Below, in pieces: positions 1 through 10,631 of a stretch of 64,000 bases of DNA. Within the stretch, counting starts at the first letter, position 1. Each line of letters begins with the position of its first letter. The notes beneath the pieces were generated by a model. That model was not told where the DNA came from and searched no databases. It was given only the letters and a program-made list of their open reading frames with translations. Source of the stretch: Mizuhopecten yessoensis (lineage: Eukaryota); the NCBI RefSeq assembly GCF_002113885.1, contig NW_018480077.1, forward strand, positions 2,042,145 to 2,106,144, written 5' to 3'. The translations under genes were made by a program, and so were the position numbers.

Positions 1-361
1 TAATCCGGTTGGTGCGGAGCAAAATAAGCTACAAATGTTGAAATATTTCAAAATGATAATCACACAGTGCCACACTTAATATAACTTTTTTTCTGAAAGT
101 ATCGCGATCTTGTTGTATGATGCTGCGAAACAGAAGGAAGCTATGAAAATTATGATATCTTTTCTACAGTATTTGCAAATATGGAACGGTCTGATTCATT
201 TTATTTCATATCAAAATTTAGTTATTTTTCAAGCAGCTACAGTTTCACAAGGATCCGTTCAGTACGGAGTCAATTTTCGAAATGATCTGGTCTGTACGGA
301 GAACACGATCCGTCGGTACGAAGCAAAACCGCTGACTACACGTAATGAAACCCATATATAC

Positions 362-588
362 ATTGTGAATAAGAACTGTTGAAAAACACTGTCGTGTCAG
401 ATATCGGCCCTGTATAACACACAAGACATGTTGTACACATAATACACTCAACAAAGGCGAATTCACGAGGAAGGGAATTTGTTTGATCTTAGGGTCAGTT
501 TTATTGTGAATATGAACTGTTAAGAACACTGTCGTGTAAGATATCGGCCCGGTATAACACACAAGACATGTCGGACACATAATACACT
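362..588. repeat. Imperfect direct repeat of about 87 bp, two copies (362-448, 503-588)
   Basis: ATTGTGAAT..GAACTGTT..AACACTGTCGTGT.AGATATCGGCCC.GTATAACACACAAGACATGT...ACACATAATACACT occurs twice. Confidence 0.8.
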
Positions 589-1227
589 AATCTTAACTTA
601 AGATCGCCTTGTTATTACTATAGCAATATTCTGTATGAAATTAACCAGTCAGTATAATAATAAACAATTCACTTTTGTTTGTGTGTCTTACATTCAACAG
701 TCAACAAATCCTGCAATGGTTTTTAAATGTGCGAAAAAAGATATAAACAGTGTTGTAGGTACCCACAAATATATCTTAATATATATTTACATTCTGTATG
801 CTTAGACCCATTGACAAAAATTACATTCATAGATGCATAACACAGGTGTTCATAGAATCTCAGCACGTGGGAACTGACAGTAACCTGATCACACTGCTAG
901 TAATACACTACAAAAACTACTCACTCGGAACGACCGACCTAGATGCTTAATTCTTACATCTTAAAATATTATTGAACTGTGCTTTGTGAAATATCCACGT
1001 ATTCACGTGTCCTGTGCTACAAATAAACATTGAATATGGAACTACATTTTGTTGTGTTATTGTTGTTAACAGTAGCTAAGATCTCTCACGATAGTGTCAC
1101 ATTTCCCCGCGAAAAAAACACTGTTCTCGCCACTGCGTTGCACCCAGGGAACACGCAGGGAACAAACCCTGTTTATTTGTTTTATTCGTTGTTATATCGA
1201 TCCTGAAAGGATTCGTCAATGTAAATA

Positions 1228-1387
1228 TAAGGAATGATATTTATTTTTTCAACATTTATGAGGTCATAACAACAATGGGTTTTTGGACATATTTTACATG
1301 AATCGCTAACGCGATTCATTCAATATGTCCATAAACCCATTGTTGTTATGACCTCATAAATGTTGAAAAAATAAAAATCATTCCTTA
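1228..1387. mobile_element. Hairpin/foldback MITE-like element
   Basis: Near-perfect inverted repeat of about 75 bp: TAAGGAATGAT..TTCAACATTTATGAGGTCATAACAACAATGGG versus CCCATTGTTGTTATGACCTCATAAATGTTGAA..ATCATTCCTTA, with a tiny loop. Confidence 0.7.
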
Positions 1388-2179
1388 AATGAATGTTGTT
1401 ACATTAAAGAATACAGTAAGTGTGCATATTTGAATGTTACCTGCATACATGTCTGTATAAAGACAAGGTCCAGGAGGCCTTTACAAATGTTTTAAGTTGA
1501 ACCACAGGTACTCGCCTCGTCTGTCAATACACCTACAACTGTATATTATTATATTATAGGTGTACTAACAGACTAGGCTAGACAGTCGTATTACGTATAC
1601 ATACAGGGTTGCGCATGCGTGTTAGAAATATTTTAATCAATCCCCATTGATACAAAAAAAGTAACATAATGCTCATCCCACTACTATTTATACATAATCT
1701 ACCTTATATCATCGGTGCTTTCTCTATTTTGATACTCTGCACCACAGAGGACTCTGAAATACCAGACAACCAATTCAAAATACCAGAAAACCAATTCAAT
1801 TGTTTTAGCTCCAACTACCAAGGCGAATAACAGAGAGGTCCCATACACTATTACTTATGCAATCATTGCCCTAGACATTGCATTCAAATTTGTAATAATT
1901 TGTTCACTAGTCTTAAATTGAGATCGCTGTATATACTAAACGCCTTACCTGAGTGTCATTTTGCTGCTAAACAGAGCGCCGAATGGCGACCCACATCAGA
2001 GATCAGTTTCGTTTTCCTGTCAATCTCGCAGTAGACGAGAATCTCATCTACATAATTCCCGAAATCTCATAAATCTGCTTTCGCTTTCGATATCATAATA
2101 ACTGATAGGTCTAAATATGTTGTTGTTGTAAATATTATAGACATTATTCTGATTCTATTCAATGTGTACGTCTATTAAT

Positions 2180-2720
2180 TCTGCCAATGTCAACCAATAC
2201 ACAGAATCAATTATAATGATATATATCCCATAACTAAATAACAATATTATATAAAAAAAACCTGAATTAATTATTTATCCGTCATTACTTCTTCTAATGT
2301 CATACAATACACCGAATCAATTATATATAGCCCAAGCCATTACTTTTACCAAAATAATAAAAGAAGCTGAATTAATTATTTATCCCTCATTACTTCTACC
2401 AATGTCATACAATACACAGAATCAATTACATGTTTTCCATTATTTTTACCATGTTAATCCAATAACTGAATCCTACCTATGTCATACAACATTACAGAAT
2501 CAATTATATTTACCCCATTACTTTTACCAAAATTATACAATAAACTGAATCAATTTGATATCCGTTATAACATCTACAAATATTATACAATACTCAGAAA
2601 CAATTATATACTACTTCCAACAATATATACAATGTACTTGTTACACAATATACAGAATCAATTATATATATCTCAATGCATCGAACCAGTATTATAGAAT
2701 AAACAGAACCAACAATGTAT
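2180..2720. repeat. Degenerate AT-rich tandem repeat (ACAGAATCAATTATAT motif), resuming after about 4310
   Basis: Recurring CAATACACAGAATCAATTATA/TTACTTCTACC units; the ORFs at 2297-2800 are products of this repeat. Confidence 0.6.
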
Positions 2721-2969
2721 CTCCTCTAAGTTCTACCGGGGTCTTCCCTGAACACCAACTCTGCTTAAAATCACATGTTTACGTAGGTGGTCAGTTGTGA
2801 TGATAGTGAGTTATAGTCTATTGCAGAAATAGTGTACAGGTAAATTGCACAAGTAAATCAACTTCTGATAAGTAATCAGATAATCAAAAACTTATTGATA
2901 TTATTATCTGCTATTGTGTGCTTTAATACATAGATATTACTAAACATTTTCTTCAGGTTGGTAAGTATG

Positions 2970-3406
2970 GATTATGAGAAGTTCTTTTTACACAACCAAT
3001 ACAATTTTCTATGTGACGTTTCGATGACTAGTACTATATATCCACTGTCACCTTCATCAGACAAATGACCAATAAAGCGTATGCACACAAAGGTGTAAAA
3101 TGTGTACGAGTTGTCCATAAAATCGATGTCGATTTCGGCTACGCTGGAAACGTATGTACAATAGTTGTTATATATGTACCGAAATGACTCAATTCAGCTA
3201 CGCTTTCTTAACACTTGGTCATAGATGTGCGAAAAACCATGTGATTGACTGGGATAACTCCAAAGTTTTGGACAGAGAGAGAGCATTCTGTTCAAGCGGC
3301 AGATAAAGGAAGCCATCTGGATACGCCGCAGTGGGCCAGTTCTAAATCGAAACGAGGGGGCTCAAAGACTCTCGCACATCTATGACCAAGTGTTAACAAA
3401 GCGTAG
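2970..3406. mobile_element. Penelope-like element fragment: inverted 3' tail (about 2970-3200, -) plus GIY-YIG C-terminal coding remnant (about 3232-3406, +)
   Basis: NHVIDWDNSKVLDRE..FKRQIKEAIWIRRSGPVLNRNEGAQRLSHIYDQVL is a typical Penelope endonuclease tail. Both parts are homologous to 61810-62220, with the tail reverse-complemented. Confidence 0.8.
3012..3063 (-). ncRNA. Minimal hammerhead ribozyme (Penelope-type)
   Basis: Minus strand reads UGU CUGAUGA A GGUGAC-loop-GUCAUC GAAA CGUC ACA: intact catalytic core, 6-bp stem II, short stem I, GUC cleavage triplet. Confidence 0.8.
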
Positions 3407-3414
3407 AAGACGTC

Positions 3415-3830
3415 TTGTTCCAAACCCTTGAAGTTGCTGATGATGCTGACATACCACATCCCGTGCTGCTTTTCACAGACTACGTCACAGAGCAATCGGT
3501 AGAAGGAGACCGACCAACCTGGAACCACTTCTCAACAGAAGGGCCTCGGACTACCAACCATCTGGAAGCTTGGCACGGTAAACTGAAGAAAAGAGTACTG
3601 CATGCCAACCCCAACATCTACACCATCATCCAGACGTTTAAAGACGTACAGAACGTGAATGACATCAACCGGATCCATAGAGATGCAGGAGGCACTACTC
3701 AACACCGACAGAAGAGATACGCCAAACATCGACAGACGCCTGGCCACCCTGAAAGACCGTTATCAGACTGGAACTATCGACCTGATGACCTATGCCGATT
3801 CAGCATCACAGCTTCTGCATCTTGGATAGA
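3415..3830 (+). pseudogene. MULE transposase C-terminal fragment (frameshifted)
   Basis: WNHF..GPRTTNHLEAWHGKLKK...HANPNIYTII resembles the RTNNxxEGWH..HPNI motif of MULE-family transposases. The frame shifts near 3725 into ..IDRRLATLKDRYQTGTIDLMTYAD.. Confidence 0.7.
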
Positions 3831-5054
3831 ATGTTTTGTGTTAGAGACTTACTTGATATATATAGAGAATGTGATTTGTGCTAGAATATTTAATAATTAA
3901 CTTTTAGTGCTGTATTAAATGTGTATTATTGTTATATGTGTAAATAGAAACTTTATTTTATTGCTGACATTAGTATCAATGTGGCTTAAATTAAGGAATT
4001 TTATTTTTCATATAATGTAATGTTATTTTTATTTTTCATATAATATAATGTTATTTTTATTTTTCATATAATGTAAATATTAATATTTAATAATCATTTT
4101 CTATTACTTAGTGCTGTATTAAATGTTTATTACAGTTATATGTATGAATAAAAACTTTTTATCCATTTAATTATTGACTTTAGTATCAAATCTACAAAAT
4201 GAGTTGACATTCTTAGTTGAAACGGGCTATAACTAAACTTCAAAGGATTTCATATATAAACACCTTCCTTTCAATTCTCCAGAGTTGGTGTTCGGGGAAT
4301 GAGCCGTTCTACCAATAGTACAAGGAATCAATGATATACACAATTTTGTATTACCAACATTATATAACATACAGAATCAATAATATATTACCTATAATGT
4401 TCAAAACAGTCCATAGCATATCTTACCTTTCTATTCTAAAGATCCAATTTCAACTTGTGTTTGAGAAAACTTAATTGGGTTTGAGATCTCTGTTGCCTCT
4501 TAGTATTTACGGTAGAAATAATGTTGAAATATATCTCACTTTCTATTTAACCATATTCTGTTCGATGCATCTTTGAGCCAACGTTACACATTATGAAAAA
4601 TAATAATTACTGACACTGAAGTAAACTGGCAAAGTAAATGTCAGTCACCTGGCCAGACATTAACCTGTGGCTAACACAGACCGCAGTGTCCACACCCACT
4701 CAAGCTATTCTGTACTAGGACCATTCCAGACGGATTCCATGCAAACCAAGAGTTATGATAACATTTGAAATACATTATTATTACTTAAAAACATATATAA
4801 AAAAAGAAAATGGAAGAAGTGACCATCATCCACAAGGGGAGAGCCACACTCAGGAATGTCTACCACGTAAGTGGGAATATAGAATAGCAAAATCTAATTC
4901 AAAACCTTACGTGTAGCCATACTGGTGTAGTTTCTTAGCTGACATAGCAAAGTGTTTACTTATTTTATTACACTGATTTTTAGAAATATTGGCGTATAAT
5001 ATAAGAAGCTGAGCAATCATGATCTGCACGTTAAAGCTACAGTAATAGGAAACA

Positions 5055-6362
5055 ATCTGGTTTTATGATTCATCATTCCACTGTCCATCAGCTAATAGAA
5101 ATTTACCATAATATATGTTGTTCATTAGAAGAAAAAAAGCATACTTGTCTAATTTTTTGTGATATATCGAAGGCTTTTGACCGAGTTTGGCATAGGGGTC
5201 TTTTACATAAATTACATGCTTATGGTATTAGAGATGGTTTACTACATTGGTTTAAAAAATACATTTCAAACAGACAACAACAGGTTCTTGTTAAAGGTGT
5301 GTATTCTAATATAGGTTACACAAATGCTGGTGTACCACACAAGGAAGTGTGTTAGGTCCTCTGTTATTTTTGGTTTATATTAATGATATTGTTGATAATT
5401 TAAATTGTATTTCACGCTTATTTGCTGATGATACCTCTTTGATGTATTCTTCGTCTTCTCATGCTGATATTGAAATGTGTGTAAACAGAGATTTGGAAAA
5501 ACTTGACAAATGGTCACGGGACTGGCTTACTAAATTTAATCAACAGAAAACTGATGTGTTATTTATATCTAATTCGCGAAATATACTTCCTTTACAGATT
5601 TGTTTTGGTACTGAGACTCTGAATTGTGTTGAAAGTCATAAACATTTAGGCGTAATATTTAGTGCAGATGCAAAATGGTCTTTACATATTTCCGAAATTC
5701 AAAAAACATGCATGAAAAAGGTATCAGTACTACGAAAGTTTNNNNNNNNNNNNNNNNNNNNNNNNNNNNNNNNNNNNNNNNNNNNNNNNNNNNNNNNNNN
5801 NNNNNNNNNNNNNNNNNNNNNNNNNNNNNNNNNNNNNNNNNNNNNNNNNNNNNNNNNNNNNNNNNNNNNNNNNNNNNNNNNNNNNNNNNNNNNNNNNNNN
5901 NNNNNNNNNNNNNNNNNNNNNNNNATGTGTGCATGTGGAAATGAGTGTGAAAATGCAGTCCATTACTTTTTTGATTGTATGCTGTATATCAGACAAAGAC
6001 AAATTTTGATTGATGATATCTCACGTTATTGTAATATTTCTCTAAATGTTATTATGTACGGTTCTCCAAATTTGTCAGATGAAGACAATGAAAATATCTT
6101 CCATATAGTCCAAACCTACATTAAAAATAGTAACAGATTTTAAGGTCAGTAGTATTATCCTATCATCTCTCTTTCTTATTCTTCTAAATTTCTTTTCTTC
6201 CCTTTTCCCTTCCTTTCTTCTTTGTTCATATATATTATAAATATATTTGTTGTTGTTGTCATGTAATCAATATAATGAAATGTATGGGAGAGGGCGTTTC
6301 TAAGTTGAGATAACTTGTGCCTAATCCTTTTTGTTGAATGACAAATAAAAAATGTTTAAATC
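5055..6362 (+). mobile_element. 5'-truncated non-LTR retrotransposon (CR1/L2-group LINE) reverse transcriptase
   Basis: QSGF, IFCDISKAFDRVWH, GVP(Q)GSVLGPLLFLVYIND (frameshift near 5340), RLFADD, C-terminal CxCG..E...HYFFDC. 3' UTR with AATAAA. AGGAAACA at 5047-5054 and 6363-6370 is a candidate TSD. Spans the N gap. Confidence 0.9.
5742..5924. other. Assembly gap (183 N)
   Basis: Run of N. Confidence 1.
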
Positions 6363-6791
6363 AGGAAACAGAGAGATCGGACGTTTCAATTCGAGGTATA
6401 AAACATGAACTGCAAAGTTCAGTTCTTGTCAATACACCATCACACGACAGGTTGTGTATTAACTGGTACGTATCATATTTCATTGGGTGATTATGTTGTT
6501 TCAAACACATCAGCGGGACAAACATTGTCAAATAAGGTAATATTTGTATGTAAATCTCTTCTTTCACTAGTTTTCTGCGTCGATCTATATAGAGTATTGT
6601 GATTATCTCCCTTTCTTGCTGCTTCTAGCTGGATTGACTCCAAACCTTTAGCGTTCCCTCTCGGTGTAGTTTATCCATATTGGAATACCAGGTATTCTAA
6701 AATTGGGAAAACAATTAAAACCCATGAGAAAATTAATGTTCGAATATTTTTATTTGTTTACATTTCAACAGTGTTTAATTTACATTTAACA

Positions 6792-7378
6792 GATCATCTT
6801 AATACTATACGTTCCCTAGTTTTATACAATGGTATATTCCCTTTAACTGATCATTATAATACTATACGTTCCCTAGTTTTATAAAATGGTATAATCCCTT
6901 TAACTGATCATTATAATACTTTACGTTCCCTAGTTTTATACAATGGTATAATCCCTTTAACTGATCATTATAATACTATACGTTCCCTAGTTTTATACAG
7001 TGGTATAATCCCTTTAACTGATCATTATACTACTATACGTTCCCTAGTTTTATGCAATGGTATAATCCCTTTAACTGATCATTATAATACTTTACGTTCC
7101 CTAGTTTTATACAATGGTATAATCCCTTTAACTGATCATAATAATACTTTACGTTCCCTAGTTTTATACAATGGTCATAATCCTTTTAACTGATCATTAT
7201 AATACTATACGTTCCCTAGTTTTATACAATGGTCATAATCCTTTTAACTGATCATTATAATACTATACGTTCCCTAGTTTATACAATGGTATAATCCCTT
7301 TAACTGATCATTATAATACTATACGTTCCCTAGTTTTATACAATGGTATAATCCCTTTAACTGATCATTATAATACTA
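6792..7378. repeat. Tandem repeat, 57-bp unit, about 10 copies
   Basis: Unit TGATCATTATAATACTATACGTTCCCTAGTTTTATACAATGGTATAATCCCTTTAAC. Confidence 0.95.
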
Positions 7379-8477
7379 CACTACTACACGTGTTCCAGTA
7401 TCATATAATAATACAATCTCTATTTATGCAATACTAATTACAATACGCACTACTATCAGATGCCCTCGCAAAATCAGCTTGAGATTTAAATTCTGTAGGC
7501 ATAACCATAAAAATAAAACAACATTCTGTCAACCGCTATTGTCTCAGTTGAACTAGAATAATAATGTCATACCAATACTTGCCTTTTTAATATAAGGAAA
7601 ATGTATTTTTTTCCGATTTTAGGCAAGGTATCATTCGTCTATATTTAATGGCTACATAAACCTATAATTTAACCATATGTATATTCGTTTGGGAACTTGT
7701 ATGAACGTCACGATTGTTGTCATTTTGTAATTAATGTATTATTCATGTATTATCATTGTTACATTGTATGTATTTATGATCTATTATCATGCTCTTCAAT
7801 TTGGAGGAAACACAGATGATACATTGACAATGCATTACAGAATGTTTAAACAATCATCGATATGAAGGTTAGTTAATGAGGCTTTAATTCTGATCAACAA
7901 TAAATAAAGGTTGAAATAACAGACGAGTATCTCACAGCTGTGATGTTTTATCATGGCTCAAAATTGTATAAACACTTTTGTTTTCTTTTTTCTTAAAGAT
8001 AATAAAAATGTACGTATCCTTTTTCATTTTTTAATATTCATATACCATCTTTTACCACGTGTCTCTATAGACATAAGTTCTGATATAAAAACAAGTATTT
8101 AGATGGACATGTATGCTAGGTGAGACTAGGTATTTTAGAAATGAATGCTAGGCGAGACTAAACCGTCCCAAGTAATATACAGTAATACAACCAATTTAAC
8201 TTTTCGTTATAATACTACCGGGTACCCTCAGTTTTATGCAATTATATACTCTATTTGACTTAACATTATAATGCTTCCAAGTGCCCCAGTATTATATAAT
8301 AAACAAATATTTTTAACCGATCATTATAATACTACCAAGCATGGTGCCCTCAATATTGTTTAATAATATGATATTTTTAATCGATAATTATAACACTTAG
8401 GTGTCCCTGCACTGATAAGTATGATACCACCAGTTCTCCCAAGCACCACCAGAATGATGGACACATTACCATGAATT

Positions 8478-10631
8478 TTATGCTGAAATAACATGTACCC
8501 ATGGACTGTTTGGTGCAAACAGACTAGAGCCGAACTCGGTTATTGCTACCTGACGAGATCGCGCACATATGGCATAGGGCACTCTAATTCCATCTTTGGC
8601 GGCAATGAAACTGTCATCTATCAGTGAGCCGTCCTCCGACAGCACGTGCACACAGTTATTGTCCAGACACACGTACACGTTTCCGGTTCCGTCTGCAGCC
8701 ACACCCCACGGGGAGACCGGGGTTGGGTATGTCCATTGTACCTGTCCTGTCTGGGTCATACACACAACATGCTTTTGTTCCCTGTCACTGACCACTATAC
8801 TACTTTCCGAGGTGATGGTAAGATATCTGGGCGCTCGAAATAACTGTGACCTTTCTATACTCTTTTGGATCCGTCCTACCCGATCAATTATATCCACGCA
8901 GCGGCGACCCTCTGTACATGTTACAGCGAAATAGATGCCATTCAGCTGGCTGATCGCCTCATACTGTTTCTGTGTGCCTATGGTTTCCTTGACTCGTATA
9001 TCCGGGTCCAGTGTAAGGATCACCACCTTCCGTTTGTCCGGTTGCGTGACTGCCACTTCCGTTGGGTCCGTCAGGCTTGTGATCCCTAATGGACTTTCTA
9101 TGTAGAAAGACTTGTTCATGGTGGGGGACCCGGCGATACTACACTGTCGGACCATGTGGTTGTACGAATCTACAACGACCACTGAATATCCAACAAATGT
9201 TATTCCGGTAAGCTGCCACGTCATCGTGTCCTCCTGAAGGTTCTTCACATTGATGGTCGACTTACTTTTTTGTGGGCCCTTTCTCCTTCGGGGATTCATC
9301 TGTCGGGGAGGGTTGCGAGGCGTAACAGTTGGGCGCACGATTGGAGTCTGTTGAGACACGGGAGCCCCAGTCCTGTTGGCTGGAGTGACGTTGAAGGTGC
9401 CCTCTCTTCTGACTCTCGAGGTCTGCCCTTGATTAGCTCTATTAGTCTGTCCCTGTCTATTTCTAGTATTCTGATCCCGGCCAACTCTAGTGTTGGTTCT
9501 TGTGTTGGTAGTCGTTTGACTGACCCTCGTGTTCTGAACTTGTGAATGTGTCCTAGGGGCTCTTTTGATATTTATTGAACCAACTGGCGGAGGGTTTCTC
9601 AGAAAGTTGTTGAAGGCAGCGTTTGTAAGAAATTCAATCTCAGAGGAAGGAGTACTGTACTCTGAAACCGCCATCATAGCAGCATCATACTCGTCGGCTT
9701 GAGATTCAACTCGAGGTAAGGTACTCAGCAAATCGGGACTAGAATTAATCTGCATAACGTTATCAAATGTCAACTTAGTCTCTTGAATGGCATCAAACAG
9801 CAAAGATAACTGTGGGTTTCCTGTTGTATTACTGGCACTACTCTCACGAATTTCCTGGCGGAGATTTTCGACACTTTGAAGACATATTTGCGTAAACCTT
9901 GAAAGTTGGGTTTCCATTTCAGTGAGTCGCTGTAACACTCGGGGTTTACTGTTTTCAAGTACCATGTCTACCGGGATTTCACCCCTACTAATCTGTTCTA
10001 TGTGGTTCATCTGGTTCTGAAAGCGCTGACGCAAGGCTTCAACACGTGGTCTCAGCCTATCTATCGCCTCATCGACTGCTATGCATTCACACCTTGGCGC
10101 GCGATGGTTCCTTACGGCACAGTGAGCACATACGAGCACGTTACATCCAAGACAGAAAAACTCCAAGAGTCTACCCGCGTGCTCCACACAGGTCAGACCC
10201 TCAGAAAGGTTTCTCGGTGGTGGAGGAGGTTCCTCAGTAGTATTTTGGGGATCATTAACCGAACCAGATGGGGCTGGTCGGTTAGGTTGACGTCTCCTCG
10301 AGGGAAGCACAACGATGTGCCCTCCAGCTCGAGCATCCTCGTGTAAGTGAACAGCATGAAGTAAACTAGCTAGGAAGGAGTCTTCTGGAAACGTGTTGGC
10401 CCACTCCCGGGGCTGGCGACTCTGGGCCGGACTAGGTACGGGTGATCGGTCTATGGGACACATAAACTGACGATTGCTCCGACCACTAACAGTCTGCTGG
10501 ATGTGATCAGATAAACATTGTCGACAAAAGGTGTGTCCACAGGGAAGTATACGGGGGTCGTTGTACCTACCCAGGCAGATACTACACATAAGGTAATCAT
10601 TCTCCACTCCTGTGATCACGCGCTGGGCCAT
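8478..10631 (-). CDS. Intronless TRIM-like E3 ubiquitin ligase (RING, B-box, coiled coil, low-complexity linker, NHL-like beta-propeller), 717 aa
   Basis: RING CSIC..LPCGHTFCRQC..CPIDR; B-box CVEH..FFCLGCNVLVCAHC..H; helical region; C-terminal NHL-like repeats (PRYLTI..IVVSD, PWGVAADGTGNVYV, PYAIC). Resembles the TRIM2/3/56/71-like expansions of invertebrates. Confidence 0.9.
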   Translation of the reverse strand: MAQRVITGVENDYLMCSICLGRYNDPRILPCGHTFCRQCLSDHIQQTVSGRSNRQFMCPIDRSPVPSPAQSRQPREWANTFPEDSFLASLLHAVHLHEDARAGGHIVVLPSRRRQPNRPAPSGSVNDPQNTTEEPPPPPRNLSEGLTCVEHAGRLLEFFCLGCNVLVCAHCAVRNHRAPRCECIAVDEAIDRLRPRVEALRQRFQNQMNHIEQISRGEIPVDMVLENSKPRVLQRLTEMETQLSRFTQICLQSVENLRQEIRESSASNTTGNPQLSLLFDAIQETKLTFDNVMQINSSPDLLSTLPRVESQADEYDAAMMAVSEYSTPSSEIEFLTNAAFNNFLRNPPPVGSINIKRAPRTHSQVQNTRVSQTTTNTRTNTRVGRDQNTRNRQGQTNRANQGQTSRVRREGTFNVTPANRTGAPVSQQTPIVRPTVTPRNPPRQMNPRRRKGPQKSKSTINVKNLQEDTMTWQLTGITFVGYSVVVVDSYNHMVRQCSIAGSPTMNKSFYIESPLGITSLTDPTEVAVTQPDKRKVVILTLDPDIRVKETIGTQKQYEAISQLNGIYFAVTCTEGRRCVDIIDRVGRIQKSIERSQLFRAPRYLTITSESSIVVSDREQKHVVCMTQTGQVQWTYPTPVSPWGVAADGTGNVYVCLDNNCVHVLSEDGSLIDDSFIAAKDGIRVPYAICARSRQVAITEFGSSLFAPNSPWVHVISA

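Larger units (their letters stand above)
2738..4305 (+). mobile_element. Defective Mutator-like (MULE) DNA transposon with TIRs and 8-bp TSD
   Basis: GTTCTACC duplicated at 2730-2737 and 4306-4313. 26-bp imperfect TIRs (GGGGTCTTCCCTGAACACCAACTCTG versus reverse complement GGCTCATTCCCCGAACACCAACTCTG, 21/26 identical). Internal transposase remnant. Confidence 0.75.

Noticed and set aside
110-2800. Short ORFs at 110-580 and 2297-2800
   Set aside because: No recognisable domains; they overlap direct or degenerate repeats and are AT-biased
5659-6002. ORFs composed largely of X
   Set aside because: Artefacts of translating the N gap
6792-7378. CRISPR-like appearance of regular repeats (also 30624-30928, 41895-42305, 55177-56050)
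   Set aside because: Head-to-tail units with no unique spacers, no cas genes, eukaryotic context
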